Shown piece after piece: positions 41,597 through 52,700 of a DNA stretch of 64,000 bases. Position 1 is the stretch's first letter; the number at the start of each line of letters is the position of its first letter. Position numbers and translations under genes: made by a program. Source of the stretch: Kiritimatiellia bacterium. GTDB taxonomy: Bacteria > Verrucomicrobiota > Kiritimatiellia > RFP12 > UBA1067. The notes beneath the pieces were generated by a model. That model saw only the letters and a list, made by a program, of their open reading frames with translations. It ran no database searches and was not told where the DNA came from. The stretch lies in contig JBMNFY010000017.1 in the NCBI GenBank assembly GCA_050949565.1, positions 1,440,001-1,504,000 of the forward strand, given 5' to 3'.

Positions 41597-41710
41597 GGTT
41601 CCATGGTATCCTAACGGCTGACGCCGGGTCAATGAAACCGACGTTTACTTTTTAGACCAGCCCCCTCCCACCCTCGAACGAAATCCATCCCTTGCGATGG
41701 GATTGTGCTG

Positions 41711-43648
41711 CTATTTGGCGAAGCCTCGCACGCCCCTGACCTTGAGCTTGATTGAATAGACGCCTCTCTTGCCGCAAACATACAGGATGTTCTTGTCCGG
41801 CCCGCCGATGCAGCAGTTCCCGCACCAGAACTCCGGAATCCTGATGACGCCGAGCTTCTCGCCGTTCCGGTCCCACACGTTGATGTCTTCCGCCGTCATG
41901 TACAGTCGTCCGTCCGCATCGATCGTCATGCCGTCGGTTCCGAACCCTATGTCGCAGAAAAGACGCTTGTCCGAGAGACGTCCGTTCTCGTCGATGGAAT
42001 ACGCCCAGCATTTCCTGCCGCGGTGGTCGGCCACGTAGAGCGTCTTGCCGTCCGGCGTTCCCGTGATGCCGTTCGGTTCCACGAGGTCGTCGGTCACGCG
42101 GATCACTTCACCGTTTGCGGTCACATAATAGACCTGCTTCGTGTCCATCGGCGGTTGCGCGTATTTCGACCATTCTTTCCACCGGTAGAAGGGATCGGTA
42201 AAATACCATCCCGATCCGTCAGGACGCTCCCACACGTCGTTCGGCCCGTTGAAGTCCCGGCCGCCGAAGCCCTTGGCCAGCACCTTCCGGTCCGTGCCGT
42301 CGCGGTTCAGCAGTCGCAGTTCATTCTCGCCCATCGAGCAGGCCAGCAGCGTTCCGTCTTTCCGGAACAGCATGCCGTTGACATGTCCTGCTGGTCTTTT
42401 GAAGAGCCTGACGCCGTCCGCCTCGTTCCAGCGCAGGATCTCGTCCGACATGAAATCGCTGAAGAACAGGTCTCCGCTCACCGGGTCGACCGTCGCGCCC
42501 TCGGCGGTCTTGAAAACGTCACCGAGCGTGCGCACGTACTCCCCTTCCTCGACAATCTCCCGCATCCGCTCGCCTTCGACGACGTATTGCCACACGTCGC
42601 CGCCCTTCACGCCGCGCCACGTCGCTGGCACGTCGCTCACCGCCAGCGCGCGAAACAGGTCCGGACGCTCCCGATAGGCCCTCACGGCGGCTTCACAGAC
42701 GTTTCCACTGGCTTCGAGATAGATTTTCTCTTTGCCGCCCGGCTGCGCCATGATCTGCTGCGCCCGTTCAAGGATCAGGGATTTCTGGTTCTCGATGTCG
42801 TTGCACGCTTTTCCGCGGCAGCCGGGATCCTTCGCGAAGATCCGTCGCCCGCCGCCCCATCGGACGGGTTCGACGAACTCCACGCCGTGAATCACCTCAC
42901 GTATGCCGTTCCCGCCAAAAGGCGCGGTCGGCTCGTGCCCAAGCAGGATGCGATACTTCGGATCTGCATAGCGTTCAAAAAAAGCCGCGCTTTCGGCCGC
43001 GTTTCCCGTTGATGCGGTCGGTATCTTCCGCACGAGGTTGTCCGGCGAATAGCAGGCATCGCCGGCAATCACGTAAACCTGTCCGCACGCGAGCGGAATC
43101 TCGACGACCGAATGCCCCGAAGTGTGACCGCCGACCCGGCGCAGGATCATGCGTCCGCCGAAAAGTTCAAGCTGCTCGTCGAATGTCGTGACCGCGCGTC
43201 CATACAGCAGTTTCTTCGCACGTTCCGCCTCCTTCGCTTGAATGTAAACGCGCGCGTCGGGAAATGACGCAAGAGCCCCGATGTGGTCGTCATGGTGATG
43301 CGTGATAAGGCAGTCGGTAATGGTTTCGGGCGCGATGCCGTTTTTCCTGAGCAATTCGTCGGGGCGGATGAAATGCTCGGCCGTTCGCCCGAGGAAGAAA
43401 AACTTATCGCACCCGACGTCGACGAGAATGCGGCGTTCGCCGAAATCAATGAAGTGGAACAGGAGCGATATCGTCTGCAGCTTCTCCTTTGATCCGCCCG
43501 GAAAGATCATGTTCTCCGGCAGGTCGAACTCGCCATACTTGCAGGTCCAGAGGCGCGGTTTCGGCGCATCGTTCTCACCGTGCGACATGCCAAGGAGCGG
43601 ATAAAGGCCGCTCAGCGAAACAAACAAAAACACAAGCACTGTTCTCAT
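41711..43648 (-). CDS. Fusion of a metallo-beta-lactamase-fold (AHL-lactonase-like) domain and an SMP-30/gluconolactonase domain
   Basis: THHHDDHIG, GHTSGHS, AGDACY, LGHE in the N-terminal part; AEG, NGM, FNGPND, PNGI..TPDG, DGMTIDADG in the C-terminal part; signal-like leader. Confidence 0.82.
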   Translation of the reverse strand: MRTVLVFLFVSLSGLYPLLGMSHGENDAPKPRLWTCKYGEFDLPENMIFPGGSKEKLQTISLLFHFIDFGERRILVDVGCDKFFFLGRTAEHFIRPDELLRKNGIAPETITDCLITHHHDDHIGALASFPDARVYIQAKEAERAKKLLYGRAVTTFDEQLELFGGRMILRRVGGHTSGHSVVEIPLACGQVYVIAGDACYSPDNLVRKIPTASTGNAAESAAFFERYADPKYRILLGHEPTAPFGGNGIREVIHGVEFVEPVRWGGGRRIFAKDPGCRGKACNDIENQKSLILERAQQIMAQPGGKEKIYLEASGNVCEAAVRAYRERPDLFRALAVSDVPATWRGVKGGDVWQYVVEGERMREIVEEGEYVRTLGDVFKTAEGATVDPVSGDLFFSDFMSDEILRWNEADGVRLFKRPAGHVNGMLFRKDGTLLACSMGENELRLLNRDGTDRKVLAKGFGGRDFNGPNDVWERPDGSGWYFTDPFYRWKEWSKYAQPPMDTKQVYYVTANGEVIRVTDDLVEPNGITGTPDGKTLYVADHRGRKCWAYSIDENGRLSDKRLFCDIGFGTDGMTIDADGRLYMTAEDINVWDRNGEKLGVIRIPEFWCGNCCIGGPDKNILYVCGKRGVYSIKLKVRGVRGFAK

Positions 43649-43723
43649 GGGGCTCCCTAGGTTAAGTCATGTTGGGCCTTCGCCGCGTCTTTTGTCCATT
43701 CTACAGATCTCTTTTCGAAGCGA

Positions 43724-44920
43724 TCACCGGATTTCGGAAAGATCGACCGTCGGCAGGTTGCAGGCGTCGAGCGAGACCTTGTGAACGAGCAGGTCATGTT
43801 CGTAGAGCCCGGGCGGATTGGGAATTTCGCCGCGGATGATGCGCGCCAACTCCTGAAGCTGTCCCGCATAGCGATCCGTCGGCACCGGGAACGAAATGCG
43901 GTTGATGCCGGTGTGGTACCCCGCCGCCTTCGCCGCGCCGTTCACGACCTTCAAATACATTTTCACTTCGAGCTTGTCAACGCGGGCAAGACCTTCATTC
44001 AGCCCCGTCGTGTGCTTGACTGTCCTGAAGTCCTCGATCGGTTCGAGCGCCATCGACCCGTTGGTCCCGTCGATCCGAATGTGGCGGCACGGCTGCGTGC
44101 CGCGCGAGCAAACGCGGATCACGACGTTTGCACGCGGATATTCGAGAATTGTCAACGAATGCGTGAGCGCATCCTCCGGATCTCCCGGCGCCGCCTTGAG
44201 AATCGAATACGTCTTCGCCGGCAACGCATCGTTGAAGATCGGCATCGCCCACTCGATCACGTGGCACGCGAGAAGGTAGGCCGTGCCCCCAGGGTAAAAC
44301 GATGCGTATTCGGGATATTTCGGATAGCCGTAACTGTGATCGAGATCGGCTTCGACTGAGTAGATCTCCCCGAGCGCTCCCGACTTCGCGATTTCCACCA
44401 TCTTGTTGATGGCCGCGTTGGAGCGGAACATGTAGCCGATTTGGAGCGGCACACCCAGACGTTCACAGATGCGACTCATCTTCGCGAACCCGGCCTGATC
44501 CGTGCCGAGGGGCTTGTCCATGTGCATCGGGATTCCATGGTGCGCGATTTCGGTCGCGACACCGACCAGTTCCGAGTTGGAACACTCAATGACGATGAGG
44601 TCCGGCTTCACCTCGTCGAAAACCTGCTGCGGCGTGAAACACGGATAGTTGGTGTAGCCTTTCAACGACGGCTCAGTCATCCGCATCGCCGTCGAGGCGC
44701 GGTCATCCACCCAGCCGACCATCTCGAAGTCATTCGTGAGCTTCAGCACCGCATCCCACTTGCCGCGCGAATGGTTGTGAATAATTCCCCAATGGACGAC
44801 CCGCGCCTTGCGGTTTCCGATTGGTTTCCATTGCTCCCCCACCGCCCTCTCGCAGACCACGCAGCCGACCAACAACATCGCCGCCACGCCGAAAATTCCC
44901 TTCAGCCTGTTCGTGCTCAT
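43724..44920 (-). CDS. Gfo/Idh/MocA family oxidoreductase
   Basis: HMDKPLG, GYMFR, G.LGEIY; signal-like leader. Confidence 0.82.
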   Translation of the reverse strand: MSTNRLKGIFGVAAMLLVGCVVCERAVGEQWKPIGNRKARVVHWGIIHNHSRGKWDAVLKLTNDFEMVGWVDDRASTAMRMTEPSLKGYTNYPCFTPQQVFDEVKPDLIVIECSNSELVGVATEIAHHGIPMHMDKPLGTDQAGFAKMSRICERLGVPLQIGYMFRSNAAINKMVEIAKSGALGEIYSVEADLDHSYGYPKYPEYASFYPGGTAYLLACHVIEWAMPIFNDALPAKTYSILKAAPGDPEDALTHSLTILEYPRANVVIRVCSRGTQPCRHIRIDGTNGSMALEPIEDFRTVKHTTGLNEGLARVDKLEVKMYLKVVNGAAKAAGYHTGINRISFPVPTDRYAGQLQELARIIRGEIPNPPGLYEHDLLVHKVSLDACNLPTVDLSEIR

Positions 44921-44921
44921 T

Positions 44922-46403
44922 TCATCCCCTCGCAAACGGATCCCAGCCCTTGCGATAGGCCTTCGTGACATTCTTGTCGGCTTCCGCATTGTTCGTCACA
45001 TGATGGCCGTCCCACTCCAGCACCGAGCCCTTTCCGGCCACTGACGAGATGTTGCCGAGGCAGACCGTCTTCGCGAGCGGAACCGAATACTCAAAGTTGT
45101 CGTTCGCTTCGCGCTGTTCGCGGATCGCCTTGTAGAATTCGTAGAAGTGCATCGGCGTCACGCGGCGGTAGTTGAAGTCGTGCGGACGGTCCACGCGCGG
45201 GATGCACCAGCCCGCCGAACGCGGCATGAAGCGATAGCCGCCGTGATGCGTGAACCAGAGATTCGCCTTCGTGCCGACGAAAAGGACCCCGTTCTTGTAA
45301 AACGGATCGTTCTCAAAGCCGTTTGCCTTCTCGACCTCGAGAACCTTCGGCGGGATATTGAGATGCTCGCGCTTATGGGGCATACCGAACTTGTTGACGA
45401 ATTCCTTCGTGTAGGGCACGCCTTCGTTGAGTCCGTCCCACCAGTGCATCGTCACCTCGTGGCCGAACTTCGAGGTCGGATAGTGGAACTCGAACGCATC
45501 GCGGAAGCCCCAGGCGCCTTCAAGCGCGAACTGCGCATCGTGACACGTCACGCGATCGGGATCCTTGAGGCCGAGCGCCCAGAACGCGACATCCATGATG
45601 TGCATGCCGAGGTTGCCGATCGACCCGTTGCCATAGCCGATCCAACTGTGCCAGCCGTGCGGATGCATGCCGTCCTGGTCAGGAGTTTCTGGGTAGTAGT
45701 CGCAGATGGGCGAGCCGCCGCACCAGAGATCCCAGTCCATCCCCTTCGGCGGCGGAGCGGCCGCGGGACGCTGGTAGATGGAATTACAACGGTCGTCGTA
45801 AGCCCAGACCTCCTTCACCTCTCCGAGATTCCCCTCGGCGATGCGGTCGACACAGTACTTCATTGACGGGAAGGAGTGTCCGTACGTGCCGCACTGCGTC
45901 ACGATACCCGGACGCTTACGCGCCTCGGCGAGGATGAGGTCGCATTCGGCCACTGTAAGACAGAGAGGCTTGTCGAGATAAACGTGGATGCCGCGGCGCA
46001 GCGCCATCACCGCCGGCAGCGTGTGCTGATGGTTCGGGGTTTCAACGACGATGGCATCGATCTCGTCACCCATCTGATCAAACATGTCCTGATAGGTGGA
46101 GAAGCGCCGCGCGGACGCGAAGTTCGCCTTGTCTGCGGCACTGCACGTCTTGGCGACGAGCTTTTCAAGAATGTCGAAACGGACCGGATCGGGATCGACG
46201 ATCGCAACGAGATTTTCGCAGAGAACCCCGTCGATCATACATCCCGTCTGCAATCCGCATCCGATCAGCGCGACGCGGATTTTCGCGCCCTTGGCGATCT
46301 GGCGGTTACGCGAGAGGCCGAAGCCTGCGCAACCGATATTAAAGAGCGGCAAGGCCGAAGCCGCCGCGACGCCCTTCAGAAGATTCCGTCGATTGGTGTT
46401 CAT
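44922..46403 (-). CDS. Tat-exported Gfo/Idh/MocA family oxidoreductase
   Basis: RRNLLK leader, IGCG, TPNHQH, HVYLDKPL, DWDLWCG, GNLGMHIMD; AAAGGAG RBS. Confidence 0.88.
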   Translation of the reverse strand: MNTNRRNLLKGVAAASALPLFNIGCAGFGLSRNRQIAKGAKIRVALIGCGLQTGCMIDGVLCENLVAIVDPDPVRFDILEKLVAKTCSAADKANFASARRFSTYQDMFDQMGDEIDAIVVETPNHQHTLPAVMALRRGIHVYLDKPLCLTVAECDLILAEARKRPGIVTQCGTYGHSFPSMKYCVDRIAEGNLGEVKEVWAYDDRCNSIYQRPAAAPPPKGMDWDLWCGGSPICDYYPETPDQDGMHPHGWHSWIGYGNGSIGNLGMHIMDVAFWALGLKDPDRVTCHDAQFALEGAWGFRDAFEFHYPTSKFGHEVTMHWWDGLNEGVPYTKEFVNKFGMPHKREHLNIPPKVLEVEKANGFENDPFYKNGVLFVGTKANLWFTHHGGYRFMPRSAGWCIPRVDRPHDFNYRRVTPMHFYEFYKAIREQREANDNFEYSVPLAKTVCLGNISSVAGKGSVLEWDGHHVTNNAEADKNVTKAYRKGWDPFARG

Positions 46404-46476
46404 GTTCCCGCTCCTTTTGATGCTCATGTTACCATCTTCTTTCCGGGATTTCATCCTCAACCTCATGCCGAACAGC

Positions 46477-46609
46477 AATCGGTTAGTGACGGGGGCACGC
46501 GAGGATCATGCGTTTCTGGTGAAAAGGGGAGCCGAGAGTCGGTTTTTGGACATGATAGACATGAGCACCAACCACGCACTCGACTCGCACCCCCTGTCAC
46601 TAACCGATT
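46477..46609. mobile_element. 133-bp MITE-like element with AATCGGTTAGTGAC(G/A)GGGG terminal inverted repeats
   Basis: 18/19 complementary ends; arms recur near 19027, 23395 and 39379/39671. Confidence 0.65.
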
Positions 46610-46724
46610 ATTTTTTACGCGCTGTTTTCGCTTGATCGTGAAAGCGTATAGGCGTTAAGCTACGGGCGATCTATCCCCTGTATCTTTAGGTGAAGAACGA
46701 TTCGCACGACGAAAGGAGATTGAC

Positions 46725-49700
46725 ATGATCCGTCATTGTGTCCGTAGTTCACGCTTGGCCGCGTTTGTGACCTCTGGTAGCCGTGAGCGCTGTCTCGGCA
46801 GTGGATTCTGTTTGGATTGGAGGTGCCACAGGCTCGTGGACAGACGCCGCCAACTGGTCGGACGGCGTGCCGCAAGCCGCGTCCGACACGGCAACCTTCA
46901 ACACCCCGGCGGTTGTCACGATCCCGGCAAGCATCACGCTGAAAACGATCTTCGCCAATGCCCCGGCCACCGTCACGGTCGCGGCGGGTGCAACGCTCGC
47001 CCTCTCGAACGGCGGCGGCGATATTCTGGTCGCCAGTGCGGACTTCATCCTCGGCGGCGACGGCGACATTACGGTCTCGCGCAACGGCACGTCCACCACC
47101 GATTTTGCGAATATCAAGCCAGCGGCAGGCACCACCCTCACAATCGCCGCCCGCATCACCGGCGTGGAGGGTTCGGGCGTCGAGTTGAACGCGGCGGGTA
47201 CCCTGCTGCTGACGAATCCCGGCAACTCCTTCACAGGGACAACCCGCATCTCGAGGGGCAACGGCACCGTCGTGTTCACCGATCCCGCCGCGCTGGGCGT
47301 GACGGCCGTGCGCTCCGACGGCAGCCCGTCCAAATTCGTCTACACCGGCACCTCGCAAGCCACGCTAACGCTCCCCGTCCAACTCAGCGCCGGCAGCACG
47401 TCGTTCGAAAACGCAGGCGGCGGTCCCTTGACCTTCAGCGGTGCCATCGCCCCCATTTCCTCCGGCACCAAAACGCTGACCTTCAGCGGTACGCAGACCA
47501 ACATCCTCAGCGGCACGCTCTCCAACGGCACCGGTGCCCTGAATGTCGTCGTAGCAGGCGGCGGCACGCTCGTTTTCTCCGGTACGGCCACTGACAACGC
47601 CTTTACCGTCAACGAAGGCGGCACGCTGGCAGTCGGTCCCGGCGCGACCTTCAACACCACCTTGCTCACTTGTCAGGCAGGCAGTACCCTAGCGTTCAAC
47701 CCGGCGGCGGCAGACAATTTTGCCGTCACCCTGCCGCTGACCAACGCGCTCAACGGTGCCGGTGTCCGCTGGTTGATCCCGAACGCCCCCTCTGCTTCGA
47801 CCGTCGCCGTACCGACGCTCGAACGTGTCACAGGTGCCACTCTGGACGTCGTGGCTCCGGCGCTGGGCACCCCTTCCAACCGACTCGTGATCCAGAACCT
47901 GACCCCCGGCCCGCTGCCCGCCTGGTTCACCGTCAACGGCCAGCCCGCCGTTTATGATGCCGCGCTGGGCGTGTTGGCCGCGAGCGCCACCGGCCCGACC
48001 GTTTCCCTGACAGCGCTCGGCCCTTCGGTGATCCCGGACGACGCGACCGCCGCCGCCGTCATCGACGCCGCCGGCACAGCGGGCGGCATCACGCTTGCCG
48101 CTGATCCCACGCACCTCTTCTCGCTCACGCAACAACATGCGGACAATCCTGCGGCCGTCGACCTCGGCGGGCAGACCCTCGCCGCTTCACTTGTTGCCAT
48201 CGACGCGAACGGCAACAACCTGACACTCGCCAACGGTACGCTGACCACGCCCTCCGCCCAGACCCCGCCCAGCGGCGCCGCCGTGCTGCCCACGCTTCCG
48301 GCCGCCCCGCTGGCCTGGTACGACCTCGCCGACGCCGCGACCGTCACCACCGATGCCGACGGTCGTATCACACGGGTGGCCAACAAAGGCTCGCGCGGTA
48401 GCGAGTTGGACGCCGCCGTGCCCGGCGACCGTATCGGACCGCGCTATGTCCCGGGGGCGGTCAACGGACTCGGCGTCGCGCGGGCCGACGGCATCGCGCC
48501 GCCGCAGGGCCTCGCCTCGCTTGGCACCCCCGGCATCTCCGGTAAGGCCCCGCGCACCACCTTTTTGGTCGCAGCGCGCCATCCCACCTCGCGAAACAAC
48601 TTCTACGCCCTCTATCTTGGTTCCGATGCCGGCAACAACCAAGACTTCACCACCTGCGAGCGCTATTACGTCACGTCCTTCTCCACCAAGGACAATGACC
48701 TCGACATCACCACGCCCTCGCCCGCCGGGCATAATGTACTGACCTTTATCTCGGGCCTCAACGACATACCGGACGCCGGCGCGGGCTATCGCAACGGCGT
48801 GCTGCTCGGCACCAAGACCTTCGCCTTTGCCACGGTCGACGCCCCCATCCACCTGCTGCACCGCCCGAACACCGCCGCCAATTTCTCGGGGCCCGGCGAT
48901 GTGGCCGAAGTGCTTGTCTTCGACTACACGCTCTCGGACACCGACCGCGCGGCCGTCGAAGCCTACCTTATGCAGAAATGGCGGATCACTGCGCAACGCG
49001 ATGAGACGTTGCTGGCATTGCGTAACGACAACCCAGACGCTGAACTGACCGTCACGGCCAACGTGGCCGACGCCTACGGCACGCACCTCGCGCTCGCCAA
49101 GTCCGGCCCCGGCAACGTGACGCTTGGTGGTCCGCTCGACTTCACCGGGCCACTCCTGATTCAGGACGGATTTCTCACGTTTGACATACCCGCCGATCGC
49201 TCCGCTGTCGTGAACGCGGCCATCAGCGGTCTCGGAACGCTGTGCAAGACCGGGGCCGGTGGCCTGGCCCTCTCCCTGCCCAGTCCCTTCTCGGGCGGTA
49301 CCCTTATCCAGGGCGGCACCCTCTACCCCGGACACAACGGCTCGCTTGGTAGCGGTCCCGTCTCCATCGCGAACGGCGGCGCGCTGGATATCGCCAACGC
49401 GCCGGCCACCGCCAACCCCGTCACAGGTACCGCGTCCATCGCCAATCCGATCACAGCGGAAGGCACCGGCCCGGACGGCTTGGGCGCCCTGCGCCACAGC
49501 GGCGGCGTCAGCCAGCAGAACGCCTTCAGGAACGTGGCGCTCTCAGGTGACACGGCCGTCTATTCGGCCTCGCGCTTCGATGTGCGCGGCGGCGCCTTCG
49601 ATTTCGGCGGCCACGCGCTGACCGTCAACGGCGGCGGCGAATTCTCCATCGTGCAGTCGGCGGTCTCCAATGTGACCGCCGCTACTTCCGTGCAGATCGC

Positions 49701-52700
49701 CGACGGCATGTTCCGCTTTGAGCAGAGCGACTTCCAAGGCTCGGCGGCCACGGTCGCCGACGCCGCCGCCGGCGCGGGCGTCTGCCTGTATCAGATGACA
49801 GCGCCCCTGCTGTGGTCGCTGAATCTTGCGGACAACGCCTATTTCCGCGTCAACAACGGCAACATGGACACCAATCTGAATGTCTGGGCCGGGCCGGTGA
49901 CGCTCGCCGCAGGCACGTCGCGCCTCAATGCCCTGCCCGGCGGAACCGCCGCCATCACCGGCGCCGTCGGCGGAGACGGCGGCCTGCTCAAGGAGGGCGA
50001 AGGCTGGTTCTGGCTCTTCAACCCGGCCAACACGTACGCCGGCGCCACCACCGTGACACAGGGCAACCTCTACGCCGTCGCGCCCGGTACACTGGGTGCG
50101 CAGGCCGTCGCGGGCCTCACCGTTTCCGACACCGGCGCCTTCATCGCCCGTGTCGCCTCCGGCACCTCCGCCGACGGCTTCAGCCACGCGCAGCTCACGG
50201 CCCTGGCCGATACAACGTTCTCCACGGCACCCGCCTCCACCGCCCTCGGCTTCGACACCTGTTACGAGGATTTCGCCTTCACGAGCGACTTCCCGTTCAT
50301 CGGACTGAAAAAACTCGGGACGCACACGCTCAGCCTCACGGGCAGCGCTCCCGATCTGGGTCCGGTCGATGTGTACAACGGGGAACTCGACCTGACCGCC
50401 ACCGGCAACCACGCGCTGCACACCTATTCGGTCGCCGTCGGCGCAGCACCCGACGCCTCCGCACGCGCCGTCCTGCGACTGGCCGGCACCGCGCTCAACA
50501 CGGATGATCCCGGCTACAGCCGGACCGGTCCGGCGCTGCTCGTCGGCGCGGCATCCGACTCCCGCGCCATTCTGCATGTCGGCGAGGGCGCCGTCGCCAA
50601 CGGACGGCTGCTCGTCGGCAACGGCACCGGCTCCGCCGGCGCCGTCTATCAGACCGCAGGGGTCGTGACCAACACGGGCGGCACCGCCAACGACAGTCGC
50701 ATCGGCGAAAACGGTTTCGGTTATTACCGCCTCGACGGCGGCGAACTGGCCAACAAGGGCTATGTCCAGCTCGGCCGCAACAGCGGGGCCACGGGTATCA
50801 TCGAACAGCGTGGCGGCACGCTGCGTATCAACACCGGTGTCGCCCCCGCCAGCGGCGTCATCGGCGACTACTACAACGGCACCCTCTCCTGCCGCGCCGG
50901 CGTGGGCATCTTCCATCTGGCGGGCGGCGTGTTCGACACAGGCGGCCACTCCCTCCAGCTCGGCGAGTGGGCAGGTGAGAACAACTACTCCAACGGGTTC
51001 GCCGTGCTCACGCTCGAAAACGACGCCCAAGCCGTCGTCAACAGTGAGATCCGCCTCGCCAATCGCAACGGGGCGCCGGAAGCGTACGTCAACCTCAACG
51101 GCGGCGCGCTGACCGCCCGCTACTTCCAAAAGGGCGGCAACAACGCTGCCGGCAATGCGTCGGCCGCCGCGATCGCCTTCAACGGCGGCGTGCTGCGCGT
51201 GGCCGATCAGGGCAATACCGCGTCGTCCTTGGTCCGTACCGGCAGCAACAACAGCCCGGCCATGCTCAACGTCTACGCGGGCGGCGCCGTGATCGAAACG
51301 CCCGGCGCCGGCGGCGGCACCACAGCTCGACCAGCCGCTGCAGCGCGCCGTCCGGCCTCGGCGTCGCATCCGTCACCGTCACCGCGCCCGGTAGCAGGCT
51401 ACATCGCGCCGCCGGCCGTGCTCTTCTCGGGCGGCAACGGCTCCGGCGCCACGGCCATCGCAGAGATCGACACCGCGACCGGTACGCTGACTGCCATCCG
51501 CGTGACCTCGCCCGGCACGGGATATACATCCGCGCCGACCGTCGTCCTGCGTGGCGGAGGCGGCACCGCAGCCGCGGCCTCGGCTGCCGTTGCCACGTCC
51601 GCCAGCGGCGGCCTCACCAAGCTCGGCACCGGCCTGCTCAACCTGGCCGCCGCCAACACCTACACCGGCCCCACCATCGTCTCCAACGGCACCCTGCGCC
51701 TCGCGGCCGGCAACCAAACCCTCTCGCCGGCCAGCGCGCTCACCCTCGCCGGCGGCACGCTGGATCTGGCGGCGCCACGGTCACCAACTTCCAGCCCGTG
51801 GCCATCGAGAGCGGACGCCTCGTCAACGGCAGCCTCTCGGCCCAGTCCTTCACCAAGACCGGCCCAGGCACGGCCACCCTCACGGCCGCGCCGGTGGTTC
51901 CATCGCCCGAAGCCCTTTTCCAAAGTTACGTACGGACCCTCGCTCCCGTGGCGCTGGTACGACCCCTCGGACTCGTCCGCCGTCACCCTCAACGGGGCAG
52001 GGCGCGTCGTTGCGCTCGCCAACAAGGGCACGCGCGGCGCCGCCCTCGACGCCGCCCCCACGGCCGCGCCCAACCTCTCCAACCCGCCTCTCCTCGCCAC
52101 CGGCACGCTCTCCTACGCCGCCTCTGGCCTGCCCATGCTCAAGATCGACGCCAACAATACCGGGCTCGTCTCGACAGAAGCCCTCGGCATCACCGGCGCC
52201 GTCCCCCGTACGGTTGTCACCGTCCTCACCCGCGAGTCCGACACCACCGCCGCCTACACCTGCTTCGGTGCCGCCTCCGCCGGCCAGATGTGGGAAGTCG
52301 GCGACCGCGCCGACAACTCTTCCGTCGTCATTGGCGGCTACTCCGACTTCGACCTGAGCATGTCGCCCCGGCCCACGGCCAAGGTCGCCCACGTCGTCTA
52401 TTCCCAGCTCACGACCGCCAAAAAATCGGAGGCCTGGCGCACCGGCGACGGCCAGAATTACAATTCCCTGACCACCGCCGGGGACTTCAACACCGCCGAC
52501 TCGCGCTTCGTCATCGGCAACCGCATCGACGCCGGCAAGACCACGGCGCGCGGCGAGATCGGCGAAATCCTCATCTTCGACCGCCTTCTCTCTGCTGGCG
52601 AACGCGAGCAGCTCATGGAGATGCTCCGGCAGAAATGGACAACCGCCGAAGGCTTGGCCGAGCCGGAAGACGCCGCCGAGCCCGTCACCGTCGCCGAAGG

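Noticed and set aside
46477-46609. Integron attC sites suggested by GTTAG / CTAAC ends
   Set aside because: The order is GTTAG first and CTAAC last, the reverse of attC; there is no integrase and no cassette array.
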